From Candidatus Latescibacterota bacterium (lineage in GTDB: Bacteria; Latescibacterota; UBA2968; GCA-2709665), in contig CBDCOX010000002.1 of the NCBI GenBank assembly GCA_965219995.1, positions 2,912,001 through 2,976,000 on the forward strand: a stretch of DNA of 64,000 nucleotides. The letters run 5' to 3'. The notes below the pieces were generated by a model. The model made no database searches and was not told where the DNA came from. It saw nothing but the letters and a program-made list of their open reading frames with translations. Made by a program: the position numbers and the translations under genes. Below, in pieces: positions 47,026 to 57,278 of the stretch. Numbering within the stretch: the first letter of the stretch is position 1; every line of letters starts with the position of its first letter.

Positions 47026-49101
47026 TTACTTCACATCCACCATCGCCTTGCCCACCCCCACGTTGCCCAGCGCATCGGTCGCGCGGACCACCACCGTATT
47101 TTCTCCCGCCGCCAACTCCCGCAGTTCGAAACGCAAGGTCTCCGTCCTGGAATCGAAGATCCGGTCAGACGGAAAAACCACCTTCCAGTCTCCCGAATTC
47201 ACCGCGTAGTCCGCCTTCCACAGCGGGCTCGCAGCGTCATCAAGCGATCCCTCGACGATAACGGCCCCTCCCGCAACGGGCTGTATCTGAAGCCGGACGG
47301 TGGGCGGCGTGTGGTCGAGATCGAACGGTTCACTGATCTCTTCGCCGGCCATTGCCAGTTCTTCGGGATTCGCCAGCCGGTCCGACGCCACCACCCGGAC
47401 CAGCATCGTACCCTCGGGGGCAGACTCGGTATGCCAGTCGTAGGCATTGGCAATCAGGTCCTCCTTCAGGAGTTTCCAGGTTTTCTCGGAGCGACCCCTG
47501 TAATACAGCGCGTACACCAGCCGGTCGTCATTTGCGTCTTCCGCCTTCCAGGAGATTCGCCAGACGCCTCTGGCGTTCCCCTGCGCCTGCCTGCCGTTCC
47601 CGGCGTCTTTCGGCGCAGCGCCCTTACCCCGGGCGTCAAGTGGAGAAACCGCGAGTGCAGTCACCCGCGGGCCCATGTTTTCCTGCAGGCCCACCAGACT
47701 CACCTCTCGAATCATCGGCGTTGTCGCGCCCGTTGCCGAACTCAACTCGGCACGATACTGCAGGAATCGGGCGGGCGGGCTGGATATCTGACCGCCCTGA
47801 CCGACTGTGGACCATCCACTCCACGTATCGTCCGGTTTCTTGCTGTTTCCCGAACGGGTCCGGAATTGAATCGACGCACCCTCGGAGATCTCAGAATTCC
47901 ACCCGATCCTGCCCCACTTCGAAACCAGATAGAAATCTCTCGCCCTGGATTCCAGGCTGCCATTGCGGGCGTATGACGTACCCAACCGGTACACTTTCCC
48001 GGCGCCCGCGGTCCCCACCCAGAACTCGCCGGTCGCGGACCTGCAGAATGCCCATGGCTGTACGTCTTTCAGTCGGGTCAGCAGCGTGGCGCGACCCGTA
48101 AGGTCCACGCGATAAATGCTTCCACTGTCTCCCGTGAGCGCGGTAATCTCTCCATCGTCTGCATGTAATGCCAGGAGCATCGGCTCCTCCACGTCCCAGA
48201 GGCGAACCGTCGCACCCGACGGTCGTATGGCGTACAGCACGGAACCCTGTTGCGAGGCAGAGGATCCCTGACCCTTGGCGGCCTGCTGCGAGCCACCCTT
48301 TCCGCCCCCCTTGGAACGCCTGGACATCGCACCCGCAAACAGGATCCCGTCAGATCCCATCGCCAGTGCATGGATTTCATCTTCCGCCGCATCGTACAAC
48401 ACTTCCACTCGTCCCTGCGCGTTGATCCGGTAGACCAGCCCGCTCTGATCCGTACCCGCATACACCCGGCCGTCGGCGTCCCGAATCAGCGAAACCACAT
48501 TGTGGTCCTGGCTCTGATAGATCTCGTCGACCTTTCCGGCCGAAGAGATACGCAGAATGCGTCCGTGTCGCCCGCCCGTGGCCGCGTACAGGCCTCCCCG
48601 TCCATCCGGCGCCAGTGCCCAGACGTGCTCGTTTCCGGTCCGACAGAACATCTCCGGCTCCTTGCCCGGTACAACACGGTACACAATACCGTCCGGGGAC
48701 GAGCCGGCATAGAGCGTCCCGTCCGTTCCCACGGCGAGAGAAAAAATGGCCACTTCGGGAGAGTCGAACAGGAGCGTTGGCGCCTCCGAGCCGTTATACG
48801 CAAAGATCTTGCCGCTGTTGCCCGTCGCGATATACAACCGACCGCCTCTCCCTTCGGCGAGCGCCCAGACGAAATCTTCGCCCGTATCCGCTGCAATCTC
48901 CACCTCGGGCGCAAGTAACACCGTGCCGTCTCTGGTTATGGAGACGCCTTCGGCTTCGCCCCGGAGAAAGGCCTTATGCGACTGTTCGCGCCAGACGATC
49001 GGCTCAACGCCGCCTGCCGCACCCGGCAGGCAGTACAGTACGAAACAGAGGCACGCCAACAGTACGCGAACCTTCGGATGTGCGTTTCCCGTGTCCAACA
49101 A
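47026..49101 (-). CDS. Secreted beta-propeller protein with C-terminal Ig/FN3-like domains
   Basis: Signal peptide; repeated VWALA..G.LY.ATG..G.I blades; TRSGN...PD..WS.WS, ARFLQYR, D.TPP. Confidence 0.75.
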   Translation of the reverse strand: MLDTGNAHPKVRVLLACLCFVLYCLPGAAGGVEPIVWREQSHKAFLRGEAEGVSITRDGTVLLAPEVEIAADTGEDFVWALAEGRGGRLYIATGNSGKIFAYNGSEAPTLLFDSPEVAIFSLAVGTDGTLYAGSSPDGIVYRVVPGKEPEMFCRTGNEHVWALAPDGRGGLYAATGGRHGRILRISSAGKVDEIYQSQDHNVVSLIRDADGRVYAGTDQSGLVYRINAQGRVEVLYDAAEDEIHALAMGSDGILFAGAMSRRSKGGGKGGSQQAAKGQGSSASQQGSVLYAIRPSGATVRLWDVEEPMLLALHADDGEITALTGDSGSIYRVDLTGRATLLTRLKDVQPWAFCRSATGEFWVGTAGAGKVYRLGTSYARNGSLESRARDFYLVSKWGRIGWNSEISEGASIQFRTRSGNSKKPDDTWSGWSTVGQGGQISSPPARFLQYRAELSSATGATTPMIREVSLVGLQENMGPRVTALAVSPLDARGKGAAPKDAGNGRQAQGNARGVWRISWKAEDANDDRLVYALYYRGRSEKTWKLLKEDLIANAYDWHTESAPEGTMLVRVVASDRLANPEELAMAGEEISEPFDLDHTPPTVRLQIQPVAGGAVIVEGSLDDAASPLWKADYAVNSGDWKVVFPSDRIFDSRTETLRFELRELAAGENTVVVRATDALGNVGVGKAMVDVK

Positions 49102-49141
49102 CCTTTCCTCCTGCTATTTGCATTCTCTGTTCGCTGCCGGA

Positions 49142-50953
49142 CTATTTCCCTTTACCGCCGGCGCCGCCGCCCTCGGCGAAAATAACGCCGTTTCGTTTTC
49201 TGTTCACGTCCAGGACAACGACCTGACTTCCCGAAAGCACGTAGTCCGTGGGAATCCGCGTCCTTTGTACAACGGTCTGCCGAACCGGTTTTACAGCATC
49301 CGACGAACGGGAAAACCTGAGCACCGAAAGTACCGAGGACGGCAGCCTTGACAGTTCGCGTCCCTCGATCGTCACACCCTGGGCGCCGGACAACAACTCG
49401 ACGACCAATTCATCGTTTCGGCGGACCTGCCCCAGCAGGCGGATGAGATGATCCAGATTTCCGGCGTTATGTTCACCCGGCGCCCGCTTGGCTTCCTGTT
49501 TGCCATGGGCCGATGCGCTGGAAACCCGAAGAATGAGCCGGCCTCCCGGCGTCTGACCGGGAATGACCAGCGCCTCCCGAATCTGCTCCAGGCCGCCCCA
49601 ATAGGGCCTCAACGAAACCGCGACGCGCACGGTATCGCCGGGCTGGTACGACGTCTTCTGCAAACCGACCGAATTGATGTGGGCGGTATGTGCCCGCTCG
49701 GCTTCAACATCCAGGTCGAAGGTGACCCTCTCGATCCGGACGGGCTCAAATGGATTCCGGATCAGTTGCGTCAGCGGCGTGGTGACCCCCGTCACCGCCT
49801 GCCCGAGGCCCAGCGGGCCGGCATAGACGTTCTCAGCCTCTATGGACGGACGTCCCTTCAGGTCAATTCTCACGCGGGATGTGACCGTCACCTCTCCCGT
49901 CAACTTCTCGGACGAAACCATCGCGCTGAATACGGCAATCCTCAAGAGCGCGGGGCTGAGGTCACGGTTTCGCAGGACCTCCATGCGGAACTGCGCCTGC
50001 TTTCCCGGGGAACGCAAATTGATCTGAGCAGGCATCATGTCCACGTCAAGACCGACGGTTCCCGCGATGCCCGGAGCGCGGTCCTGAACGATGGCGCCCA
50101 TGGTTTCACCGGCCACGCCCAGCTTGAATGACGCGTATTGGCTGGGCAACACTTCGTGAATATAGGCGGCTGTCATCGGCAACGCCGTGGCGCCGCCAAA
50201 AATCATGGAATGCCCGAAACCGACCACCCGGTCGCCGTCGCGATGGGTCAGCGTTCCAATTCCCGTAACGCTGAGATCGCCACGTACGAGTTGTACGCCA
50301 AGGGCGGCGCCGGGTTCGAACGCTCCCGCGGGCAGGCCGGTGTCCGCGCTACCGCCGCCTTGAACCGGCGTCCATCCCAACTCAGAGAATTCCCGTTGGA
50401 ATTCAGCCACCGCGCGCTGCGCGAAACCGGAGATAACGATCGGCAGGCTGATCGGCGTCAGCTCAGCTGGTTCCATCCCCGTCAGATCGAGCAGTCGTCG
50501 TGCGCCGGCTTCCGGCAACCGGGCCGCCGAACGGATGCCATCCGGCGCGGCCGGCCGATTGAACAGATCGACCATGGCCGCAATTGGCGTGATCCCGGCG
50601 ATGGGTTCCTTCGCAAAAGCGCCAACCCGATACGATACTGCGCCGATCAGCTTGCCATCGACGTAAACCGGGCTGCCGCTCATCCCCAGGATTACCCCCG
50701 TCCTGGACAACGGCCCGCCGGACAACCGGGCGAGAATCAGGTCGCTGCGAGGCCCGATCGCGTTGTGCAGTACACCCAGGATTTCTACCTGAAACGTATC
50801 GATCCGCGTACCCTGGAAGACCGTCCGTCCGAACCCCCTCATCCCCCTGCGGAGTTCTTTTACGGGAAGCGTGGCCACACTCCCCCAGGAATTGGCGACG
50901 ATTGCGCACCACAGCAGGGCGGGAAGCGTTGTTTTCAGAAGGCGCGCCACCAC
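49142..50953 (-). CDS. SpoIVB/peptidase S55 domain protein
   Basis: GMRGFGRTVFQG, GMSGSPVYVDGKLIGAV, GFGHS. Confidence 0.85.
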   Translation of the reverse strand: MVARLLKTTLPALLWCAIVANSWGSVATLPVKELRRGMRGFGRTVFQGTRIDTFQVEILGVLHNAIGPRSDLILARLSGGPLSRTGVILGMSGSPVYVDGKLIGAVSYRVGAFAKEPIAGITPIAAMVDLFNRPAAPDGIRSAARLPEAGARRLLDLTGMEPAELTPISLPIVISGFAQRAVAEFQREFSELGWTPVQGGGSADTGLPAGAFEPGAALGVQLVRGDLSVTGIGTLTHRDGDRVVGFGHSMIFGGATALPMTAAYIHEVLPSQYASFKLGVAGETMGAIVQDRAPGIAGTVGLDVDMMPAQINLRSPGKQAQFRMEVLRNRDLSPALLRIAVFSAMVSSEKLTGEVTVTSRVRIDLKGRPSIEAENVYAGPLGLGQAVTGVTTPLTQLIRNPFEPVRIERVTFDLDVEAERAHTAHINSVGLQKTSYQPGDTVRVAVSLRPYWGGLEQIREALVIPGQTPGGRLILRVSSASAHGKQEAKRAPGEHNAGNLDHLIRLLGQVRRNDELVVELLSGAQGVTIEGRELSRLPSSVLSVLRFSRSSDAVKPVRQTVVQRTRIPTDYVLSGSQVVVLDVNRKRNGVIFAEGGGAGGKGK

Positions 50954-51035
50954 TCAGACCCTTTCTCATCAAACGGTAAGGGAGCCACGAAATCTACGTT
51001 GCGCCTGCGGAAAAGTCAAGCATTGCAAGGTCCTA

Positions 51036-51283
51036 ATGTCCTGTCCGGGAATTAGATTGCCGAGATTCGGCAGGCAGGAAACAGCAGAAACAACCTTCCG
51101 TATACAGCAGTCAGCCAAACCTGGTCGCGCATATGGCAAGGCGATATCAATTCGCGGATTTCAGCGCCACAATCCGGGCAACCAGAAGGGTTGCCCCTAC
51201 AGATACCGAATCGCGGTCTACGTCTCGCCCATCCGGAGGGCTTGCAGATCAATATCGGAGACCGGGTCCAATCACGCAGATAT
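51036..51283 (+). mobile_element. MITE-like element copy 3
   Basis: CTA|ATGTCCTGTC start identical to 20231-20243; colinear similarity to the revcomp of copy 1 (TTGCC..ATTCGGC, CAGCAGTCAGCCA, GACCGG). Confidence 0.5.
51176..51200. repeat. REP-like palindrome
   Basis: GGGCAACC-AGAAG-GGTTGCCC-CTAC (GTAG-ended REP architecture on the minus strand). Confidence 0.6.
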
Positions 51284-51350
51284 TATACCCGTTTTTGGAG
51301 AGTGGAACAAGCCCCTTGTGAAAACCCGTTCTTATCCGTATCATAATCCC

Positions 51351-51821
51351 ATGCAAATCATGTTGCTGGCGGTCGGCAGATGCCGCAATCCGTACCTGAG
51401 AGAAGGCGTATCGGACTATATCGAACGCATACAGAGATACGCCAGCCTGGAACAAATCGAACTGAAAGAGGAACGGACCCCGAAGAAGGGCGCGGCGCAA
51501 GGCAGTCTTGCCGTAGAGGCCAAACGCATTCTCCGCAGCCTTCCGGAAAAGACGTATCTTGTCGCACTCGATCCCGCCGGAGACGTTTGCACTTCCGACG
51601 CCCTCGCAAGCCGGATAAGAAAAATCGGTATTGACGGCACAAGCCGAATCGCGTTTGTCATTGGCGGCCCTGCGGGCCTTTCTTCACGGGTTACCGGCCG
51701 CGCCGACTGGCGACTTTCGCTTTCTTCCTTCACCTTTCCGCACGAAATCGCCCGTCTGGTGCTTCTCGAACAAATCTACAGGGCATATACCATTATACGC
51801 GGCGAGCCGTATCACAGGTAG
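51351..51821 (+). CDS. rlmH: 23S rRNA pseudouridine1915 N3-methyltransferase
   Basis: FVIGGPAG, LSLSSFTFPHEIARLVLLEQIYRA, GEPYHR. Confidence 0.95.
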   Translation: MQIMLLAVGRCRNPYLREGVSDYIERIQRYASLEQIELKEERTPKKGAAQGSLAVEAKRILRSLPEKTYLVALDPAGDVCTSDALASRIRKIGIDGTSRIAFVIGGPAGLSSRVTGRADWRLSLSSFTFPHEIARLVLLEQIYRAYTIIRGEPYHR

Positions 51822-52230
51822 GTTCCGTCACGGTCAATCCCTCAGAAACGCGGGGGGATTTCAGACCTCGCGCGTTCGGCAGTCAGACGAGAAAAGCCCG
51901 GAAAACAGGTCCAACCGACAGCCGTGGAGAGATGATTCCGCCACCGGAATCCGGCTGCCGCGAACGTCTCCTGTTTCCGGGCTTTTTATTCAGACCGAAT
52001 TGCCTGGAACTACAGTTTCGGGGGGAACGGAAGAAATCCGGATCCGACAACCATGGTGAACGGCCGGAGGGGTATCGGCCAGAGGGATGCCGGAAGAGGG
52101 GTCGTCTCAATCGCATGCTTCCTGAAAGCAATTGAAAGATAAGCCATAGTTTTTCCCCAGTCAAGGGTAAGTTTGTCGTAATATACTGTTTTACATTATC
52201 TTGTGGTCTCCCTGCGGAGGTATACCTTAT

Positions 52231-52452
52231 ATGGATTTTCACGCGGCGAAGTCCGGCGAACCGCAGATCGGCCCGCGTTACGCGGCGGACATTTCTCAGT
52301 CGGATCAATGGCTCGACCCTTCCGCCGCGCCCGGATTCGAACGTACGTCCGCAATCCGGATTGGCGGGCCCCGTGAAAAGGACGGAAGTCCCCGCCTCTG
52401 GCGATATCACTGGACAGGTTTCGTGTCCGGCGCTATCTTCGACGTCCGGTAA
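52231..52452 (+). CDS. Small hypothetical ORF (possibly a remnant)
   Basis: GGAGGT SD 9 nt upstream; no recognisable motif. Confidence 0.3.
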   Translation: MDFHAAKSGEPQIGPRYAADISQSDQWLDPSAAPGFERTSAIRIGGPREKDGSPRLWRYHWTGFVSGAIFDVR

Positions 52453-52512
52453 CGCGAGCCGGGTCTGCACAGACCGAACGTACACGCATTCGAGTTTCGA
52501 CGCGATTCCACC

Positions 52513-53865
52513 ATGCCGCATACCCTTACCATAACCCGGGCCGCTGCGGAAATCCGGGCGGGCCGTCTTTCTCCCATGGAACTGCTGCAAGCCTGTCTTG
52601 CGCGGATCGACGCCCTCGACTGCCTCCTGCACGCCTGGGCATACGTCGACAGGAAAGGGGCCGAGCATCGCGCGCGGCGTCTTCAGGAAGAACTGGCCCG
52701 CGGCAGGTACCGCGGTCCCCTGCACGGAATTCCGGTGGGAATCAAGGACATCATCAACGTGAATGGCCTGCCGACCACCGCTGGCGCAAGAGAACTCTAT
52801 AACCGGGTACCGAAAGAAGATGCCGCGGTGGTTGAACGCCTGCGCACATCCGGCGCCGTCATCCTCGGCAAGACGGTGACCACGCCCTTTGCATGTTTCG
52901 ATCCGGCCGAAACCAGGAACCCGTGGAACCCTGACCACACGCCCGGCGGCTCCAGCAGCGGTTCCGCCGCCGCGGTTGCCGCGCGTATGTGTCCCGCCGC
53001 CCTGGGCTCCCAGACGGGCGGCTCCATCAGTCGTCCCGCCGCGTATTGCGGTCTCGTGGGTCTGAAACCCACCTTCGGCCGCATCAGCCTGCGAGGAATC
53101 CTGCCCGTCAGCTGCGAACTCGACCATCCCGGTCCCATCACACGTTCGGTTGCCGATGCGGCCCTCATCCTGGCGACCGTGGCCGGCAAGGACGCAATGG
53201 ATTCGCTCAGTGCAGACGTCCCTGCCGGAGAATACCGCATCAACCCGTTGAACAGCCCGCCCCGCATCGGCGTTGTCCGCACTTATTTCCCCGAGCACGC
53301 CGACGAAACCATGCGTGCGGCGACCGACGACGCCATACAACGACTCGACGCCGCAGGCGCCGAATTCACCGACGTGCGCATGCCGGAAACCTTTGCGGAA
53401 CTGCACGATAATCATTCCCTGCTGCTCGCGGTTGGCGCGGCGAGCGTTCACGCGAACAGATATGACGCGCACCGCGACCGGTTTCCTCCCGGCCTGTGCG
53501 AAATCATCGAACGCGGCCGCTCGGCCGGCGCCGTAGCCTACGCCGAGGCACGACGCCACCAGATCGCGTTCAAATCGGAGATCCTTGCCGCTTTCGAAGG
53601 CGTGGACCTGCTCCTCACCCCCGCAACCCCCACACCGGCGCCGTCGGGCCTGGAGTCCACCGGCAGCCCCGGCTTCAACAGCCCCTGGAGCTACGCCGGC
53701 CTGCCCACGACGGTCCTGCCCGTCACATGTACCCCCCAAGGCCTGCCCGCCGGCATTCAGCTGGTCGCCCGCCCCTTCGCCGAGTCCCGACTGCTGGCTA
53801 TCTCCTCCTGGTGCGAAACCCGCCTCGAGTGGAACCGCGTCCCGTCGATTCTCGCGGTCAATTAA
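52513..53865 (+). CDS. Amidase signature family protein (GatA-like)
   Basis: GPLHGIPVGIKD, GKT, TPGGSSSGSAAAVA, GSQTGGSISRPA. Confidence 0.92.
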   Translation: MPHTLTITRAAAEIRAGRLSPMELLQACLARIDALDCLLHAWAYVDRKGAEHRARRLQEELARGRYRGPLHGIPVGIKDIINVNGLPTTAGARELYNRVPKEDAAVVERLRTSGAVILGKTVTTPFACFDPAETRNPWNPDHTPGGSSSGSAAAVAARMCPAALGSQTGGSISRPAAYCGLVGLKPTFGRISLRGILPVSCELDHPGPITRSVADAALILATVAGKDAMDSLSADVPAGEYRINPLNSPPRIGVVRTYFPEHADETMRAATDDAIQRLDAAGAEFTDVRMPETFAELHDNHSLLLAVGAASVHANRYDAHRDRFPPGLCEIIERGRSAGAVAYAEARRHQIAFKSEILAAFEGVDLLLTPATPTPAPSGLESTGSPGFNSPWSYAGLPTTVLPVTCTPQGLPAGIQLVARPFAESRLLAISSWCETRLEWNRVPSILAVN

Positions 53866-53869
53866 ACCC

Positions 53870-55081
53870 ATGTATCGGGTCCTCAAGCGTTGTACGTGGC
53901 TGCCGCTCGTTCTGCTTTCTTCCGGCGCCTTTTCAACTTCCCGCGCGGATGTCCCCAGGCACCACGCCGTCCGCCGGGGGATTGACTATATGCTCGACGA
54001 GCGGTATGCCCTGTCCCACGCCATCTTCGATTCACTCATCTCCGTCGAGCCTGAACGCCCGGAGGGGTATCTGGGCAAGGCCCTTTCGTACTGGAACGAA
54101 AGCATGCTTGTAGCAAACGGCGAACGGTTTGTCGACTCCGTGGACCACCTGACCGGGCGCGCGATCAAACTCGCCGAACGAGCGCTCAAGCGCGACAATG
54201 ACAACGCGGAGATGGTCTTTCTTCTCGGTAAGGCCTATGGACTTCTCGCGGGCCTGGCGCTCATCCACGGCAGCCCCATCGACGGCGTCCTTCACGGCTT
54301 GAAATGCCGCGATTACCTCGAGGAAACCATCCGGCTGGATCCGGACATGGCAGACGCCTATTTCGGACTGGGTCTCGCAGAATACGTCGCCGCCCGCCAG
54401 CCGCGTTTCCTCAGGATGGTGAGCCGGCTCCTGGCGCTTCCCGAGGGCAACCGAAAACGCGGGCTTGAGCGCCTGGAACGGGTTGCCCGGGAGGGGATCT
54501 ATACGCAACGGCACGCCGTTTCGAGCCGTGCCTACATCGCCCTGTACTACGAAAAAGACTACGACGACGCCGTGCTCCGGTTCGCAGACCTGCACAGCCG
54601 CTACCCCCACAGTCTGGATTACCGTATCCGATTCCTGGACGCCCTGTTCGGGCTCACCATCCGGGGCAGACGGGATCACCGCCAGGCCCTGATCGACTCC
54701 GCACGATCGATCCGTCGCCTGGCTGAATTGCGCGGTTTGGACCTGAACCGCTGGTCGCGTACCAAGCTGGACTTTGTCGAAGGCTTTGGTCACTTTCTCT
54801 CCGGAAACGCGGCCGAAGCGCGCGAACGACTGGAAATCTACATCGCGGAAGCTTCCGGAAAGAGCTGGCTGCTGGGACCCTCGCATCTCATTCTGGGCAA
54901 ACTGGCCGACACGCGAAACGACCGGGAAACCGCGATCCGCCATTACCGTAAGGCGCGAAAATACGAAGACGTATGGGGCGTACACGACGAAGCCGAATCC
55001 TACCTCCAGCAACCCTTCACCGGCGAGGAGCCCGTCCGGCGCCCTCCGGATACGGTCCGGCGATATCCGGAGAAACCCTGA
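53870..55081 (+). CDS. Exported TPR-repeat protein
   Basis: Signal peptide; helical repeats such as LDPDMADAYFGLG. Confidence 0.75.
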   Translation: MYRVLKRCTWLPLVLLSSGAFSTSRADVPRHHAVRRGIDYMLDERYALSHAIFDSLISVEPERPEGYLGKALSYWNESMLVANGERFVDSVDHLTGRAIKLAERALKRDNDNAEMVFLLGKAYGLLAGLALIHGSPIDGVLHGLKCRDYLEETIRLDPDMADAYFGLGLAEYVAARQPRFLRMVSRLLALPEGNRKRGLERLERVAREGIYTQRHAVSSRAYIALYYEKDYDDAVLRFADLHSRYPHSLDYRIRFLDALFGLTIRGRRDHRQALIDSARSIRRLAELRGLDLNRWSRTKLDFVEGFGHFLSGNAAEARERLEIYIAEASGKSWLLGPSHLILGKLADTRNDRETAIRHYRKARKYEDVWGVHDEAESYLQQPFTGEEPVRRPPDTVRRYPEKP

Positions 55082-55258
55082 ATCACGGTTGGACCTTGAC
55101 GCCAATCCGGGAATACGCGTTATTTTCTCGAAAGGAACATGGATTGCTGTCTCGAGCAGGACGAACCACGGAAGGGTGGCCGGCGACGGGATCCATAGAA
55201 AACCCCGTCCGCATTCCGTACGCGAATGTGCCGGGGTATATTGCCTCAAGGAATCGGT

Positions 55259-56065
55259 ATGGCGTTCGCGTCCTCGAACTTCCTGCGCAACGCGAGGCTC
55301 GTTCATTTCCGGGAGCGTATCCGTTACCCGGCCCCCCCGGCGGCGCCGTGGATCCTCCCCACCGTGGTCCGTTTCAAATTCCCGGACGCGGATATCAAGC
55401 GCCGCTACACGAAAAATCTCTGCGCATCCGTCGCCCTCTCAACAATACTCCTTGCGCTTCCCTGGCTTCTCTTTCCACGATTCGAGTTTCGCAGTCATCC
55501 ATCCTACACCACGCCGGTAATTATCACGCTCGAAGACATTCCCGAAACCTATCAGGCCCGTAGCCCCGAACCCGAACCGGTAATCCTGGGTGCAGGCGAG
55601 CCGGATGGCGTGGCCGTGGTTGACACCGTGGAAGACGAGGAGTCGGAACTCGACTTTCTCGCCAGTCTTCAAATCGATGACACGCTTGGCGATATGGGCA
55701 GGACGCTGAATGAGGAAGCCGTCGATTTCTGGGCCGTTTCAAAAGAACCCGTACTCGTGCGCGAGATCCTGCCCATCTATCCCAGGGACGCCCACGACTT
55801 GGGCCTCGAAGGGGTTGTCTTCGTCAAATTCGCCGTCGGTACCGACGGACGGGTCAAGGAAGCCTCCATCCTGAAAGGCCCCCGGATCTTCCACGCGTCC
55901 TCTCTGAATGCCGTCTACCAGTTTGTCTTCAGGCCGGCCCTTCAGAACGACAAGCCCGTCGCGGTCTGGATGACACGTCCGATCCGATTTCGCATTGTGG
56001 ACAATCTGCTTGAAGCGCGACCCGCACAACAGATTGAAAAGCTGCCCGCGGCCGTGTCACAATAG
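55259..56065 (+). CDS. tonB: Energy transducer TonB family protein
   Basis: TM segment, Pro-rich linker, YPRDA..GLEGVVFVKFAV..DG.V, F.PA.Q..PV. Confidence 0.85.
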   Translation: MAFASSNFLRNARLVHFRERIRYPAPPAAPWILPTVVRFKFPDADIKRRYTKNLCASVALSTILLALPWLLFPRFEFRSHPSYTTPVIITLEDIPETYQARSPEPEPVILGAGEPDGVAVVDTVEDEESELDFLASLQIDDTLGDMGRTLNEEAVDFWAVSKEPVLVREILPIYPRDAHDLGLEGVVFVKFAVGTDGRVKEASILKGPRIFHASSLNAVYQFVFRPALQNDKPVAVWMTRPIRFRIVDNLLEARPAQQIEKLPAAVSQ

Positions 56066-56076
56066 AGGCGGCCCCG

Positions 56077-57081
56077 TCACTCCTCCCGGCCGCGACCGAC
56101 CGCCCCGCCGGAATAAATCACTTCCATCAATCGATCCCGTTCATCCAGCCGAACGCGCAGTGTGAACGCCCGCCTGCTCAGGAATTGCGGGTTATGGTCC
56201 AGCGCCATGCCCAGAACCAGCGAACCCAGCCACCCAAGGGCGTCTGCCCGGAACCCGAACCGCAAATCGTGGATCAGAAACTCCCGAGTGCTTTCGTCCG
56301 ACTCAATCACTGCCGGGAAGCGGGCGAACCAGCGATAGACCCGCCCGTCCCGCCGTTCCCACAGGCCTTCCAGACGGGGTTCTTCAAGTGCCGACGGGTA
56401 CGACCTGGGCGCACCGGCAACGCCCGAAAACAGCGATACCGGAACCTCGTACCAGTGTCCTTCGCCGGACGCGATTCCACGCCGGTGCAATGGAGAGAAA
56501 GGCACTGGAACCGCCGCCACCGCCGTAAGACCCTTCTCGGTTGCCCACCGGTCCAGATAATGGAGCGTCATGCCCGAAACGGCGACATTGAACGCCATAT
56601 AGACGGTCAACGCCGCCGCACCCAGGCGGTACCCGCCCGCTCCACGGCCCTTCCATCCGAGAACCAGTCCGCCAATTAGAATCAGATCCAGATACGGGTC
56701 GATAATGAACAGCACGTCGAACAACGCCCGGTACCTGGAAAACGGCATGAAGATCATCGTACCGTACGAGGTTACCAGATCGAAGAAAATGTGCAGCAAC
56801 AGGCCGGAAAGGGCGACGAAATACAGCTTTGCAAACGGGACCTCTTTCAGCAGGAATCGCCGGACGACCCACGCCACGACGACGGCGCCAATTGCGGCGC
56901 CGAACAGCGAATGTGTCATCCCGCGGTGCGTCTGCAGGCTGTCGAGCGCGTCGCCTGAAAAGAATACATCCAAGTCGGGCAATACACTGGTGACGGTAAC
57001 CAGGTTCACCAGTCCCCGTTCGCGCGGCCAGACCGATCGCGCGACCAGGCGGCCAACCAGGCCATGTGTGGGGGTATCCAT
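56077..57081 (-). CDS. YdjM-like membrane metal-dependent hydrolase
   Basis: MDTPTH, LPDLD, HRGMTHS, HIFFD..TSYGT, FIIDP. Confidence 0.85.
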   Translation of the reverse strand: MDTPTHGLVGRLVARSVWPRERGLVNLVTVTSVLPDLDVFFSGDALDSLQTHRGMTHSLFGAAIGAVVVAWVVRRFLLKEVPFAKLYFVALSGLLLHIFFDLVTSYGTMIFMPFSRYRALFDVLFIIDPYLDLILIGGLVLGWKGRGAGGYRLGAAALTVYMAFNVAVSGMTLHYLDRWATEKGLTAVAAVPVPFSPLHRRGIASGEGHWYEVPVSLFSGVAGAPRSYPSALEEPRLEGLWERRDGRVYRWFARFPAVIESDESTREFLIHDLRFGFRADALGWLGSLVLGMALDHNPQFLSRRAFTLRVRLDERDRLMEVIYSGGAVGRGREE

Positions 57082-57278
57082 TCCATTTGCCCCGTTTAGA
57101 GAATTGCTTTCAAATCGCTGGCCACACGGAATATACCCAATGACGCGTCTGAATCAACCCCGCGCAAACGCCGCTTGACAGCGCGCGTCGCGCCGCCATA
57201 CCATATGGACGAATTTTCCGTTCAGAACGCTGACTTCCCCTTGCTCACACGCGAAGGGCTTCCGGGAGACTGAATGCA

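Noticed and set aside
51795-52512. Integrated element at the rlmH 3' end (orfX-type att site)
   Set aside because: No repeat of the rlmH terminus and no recombinase found downstream in the window.
51883-53886. Long antisense/alternative-frame ORFs (also 2314-4023, 15045-16982, 37003-38505, 40807-42666, 53585 extension, 58309-59979, 60476-62074)
   Set aside because: Shadow ORFs of well-supported genes, expected in GC-rich DNA; no protein motifs.
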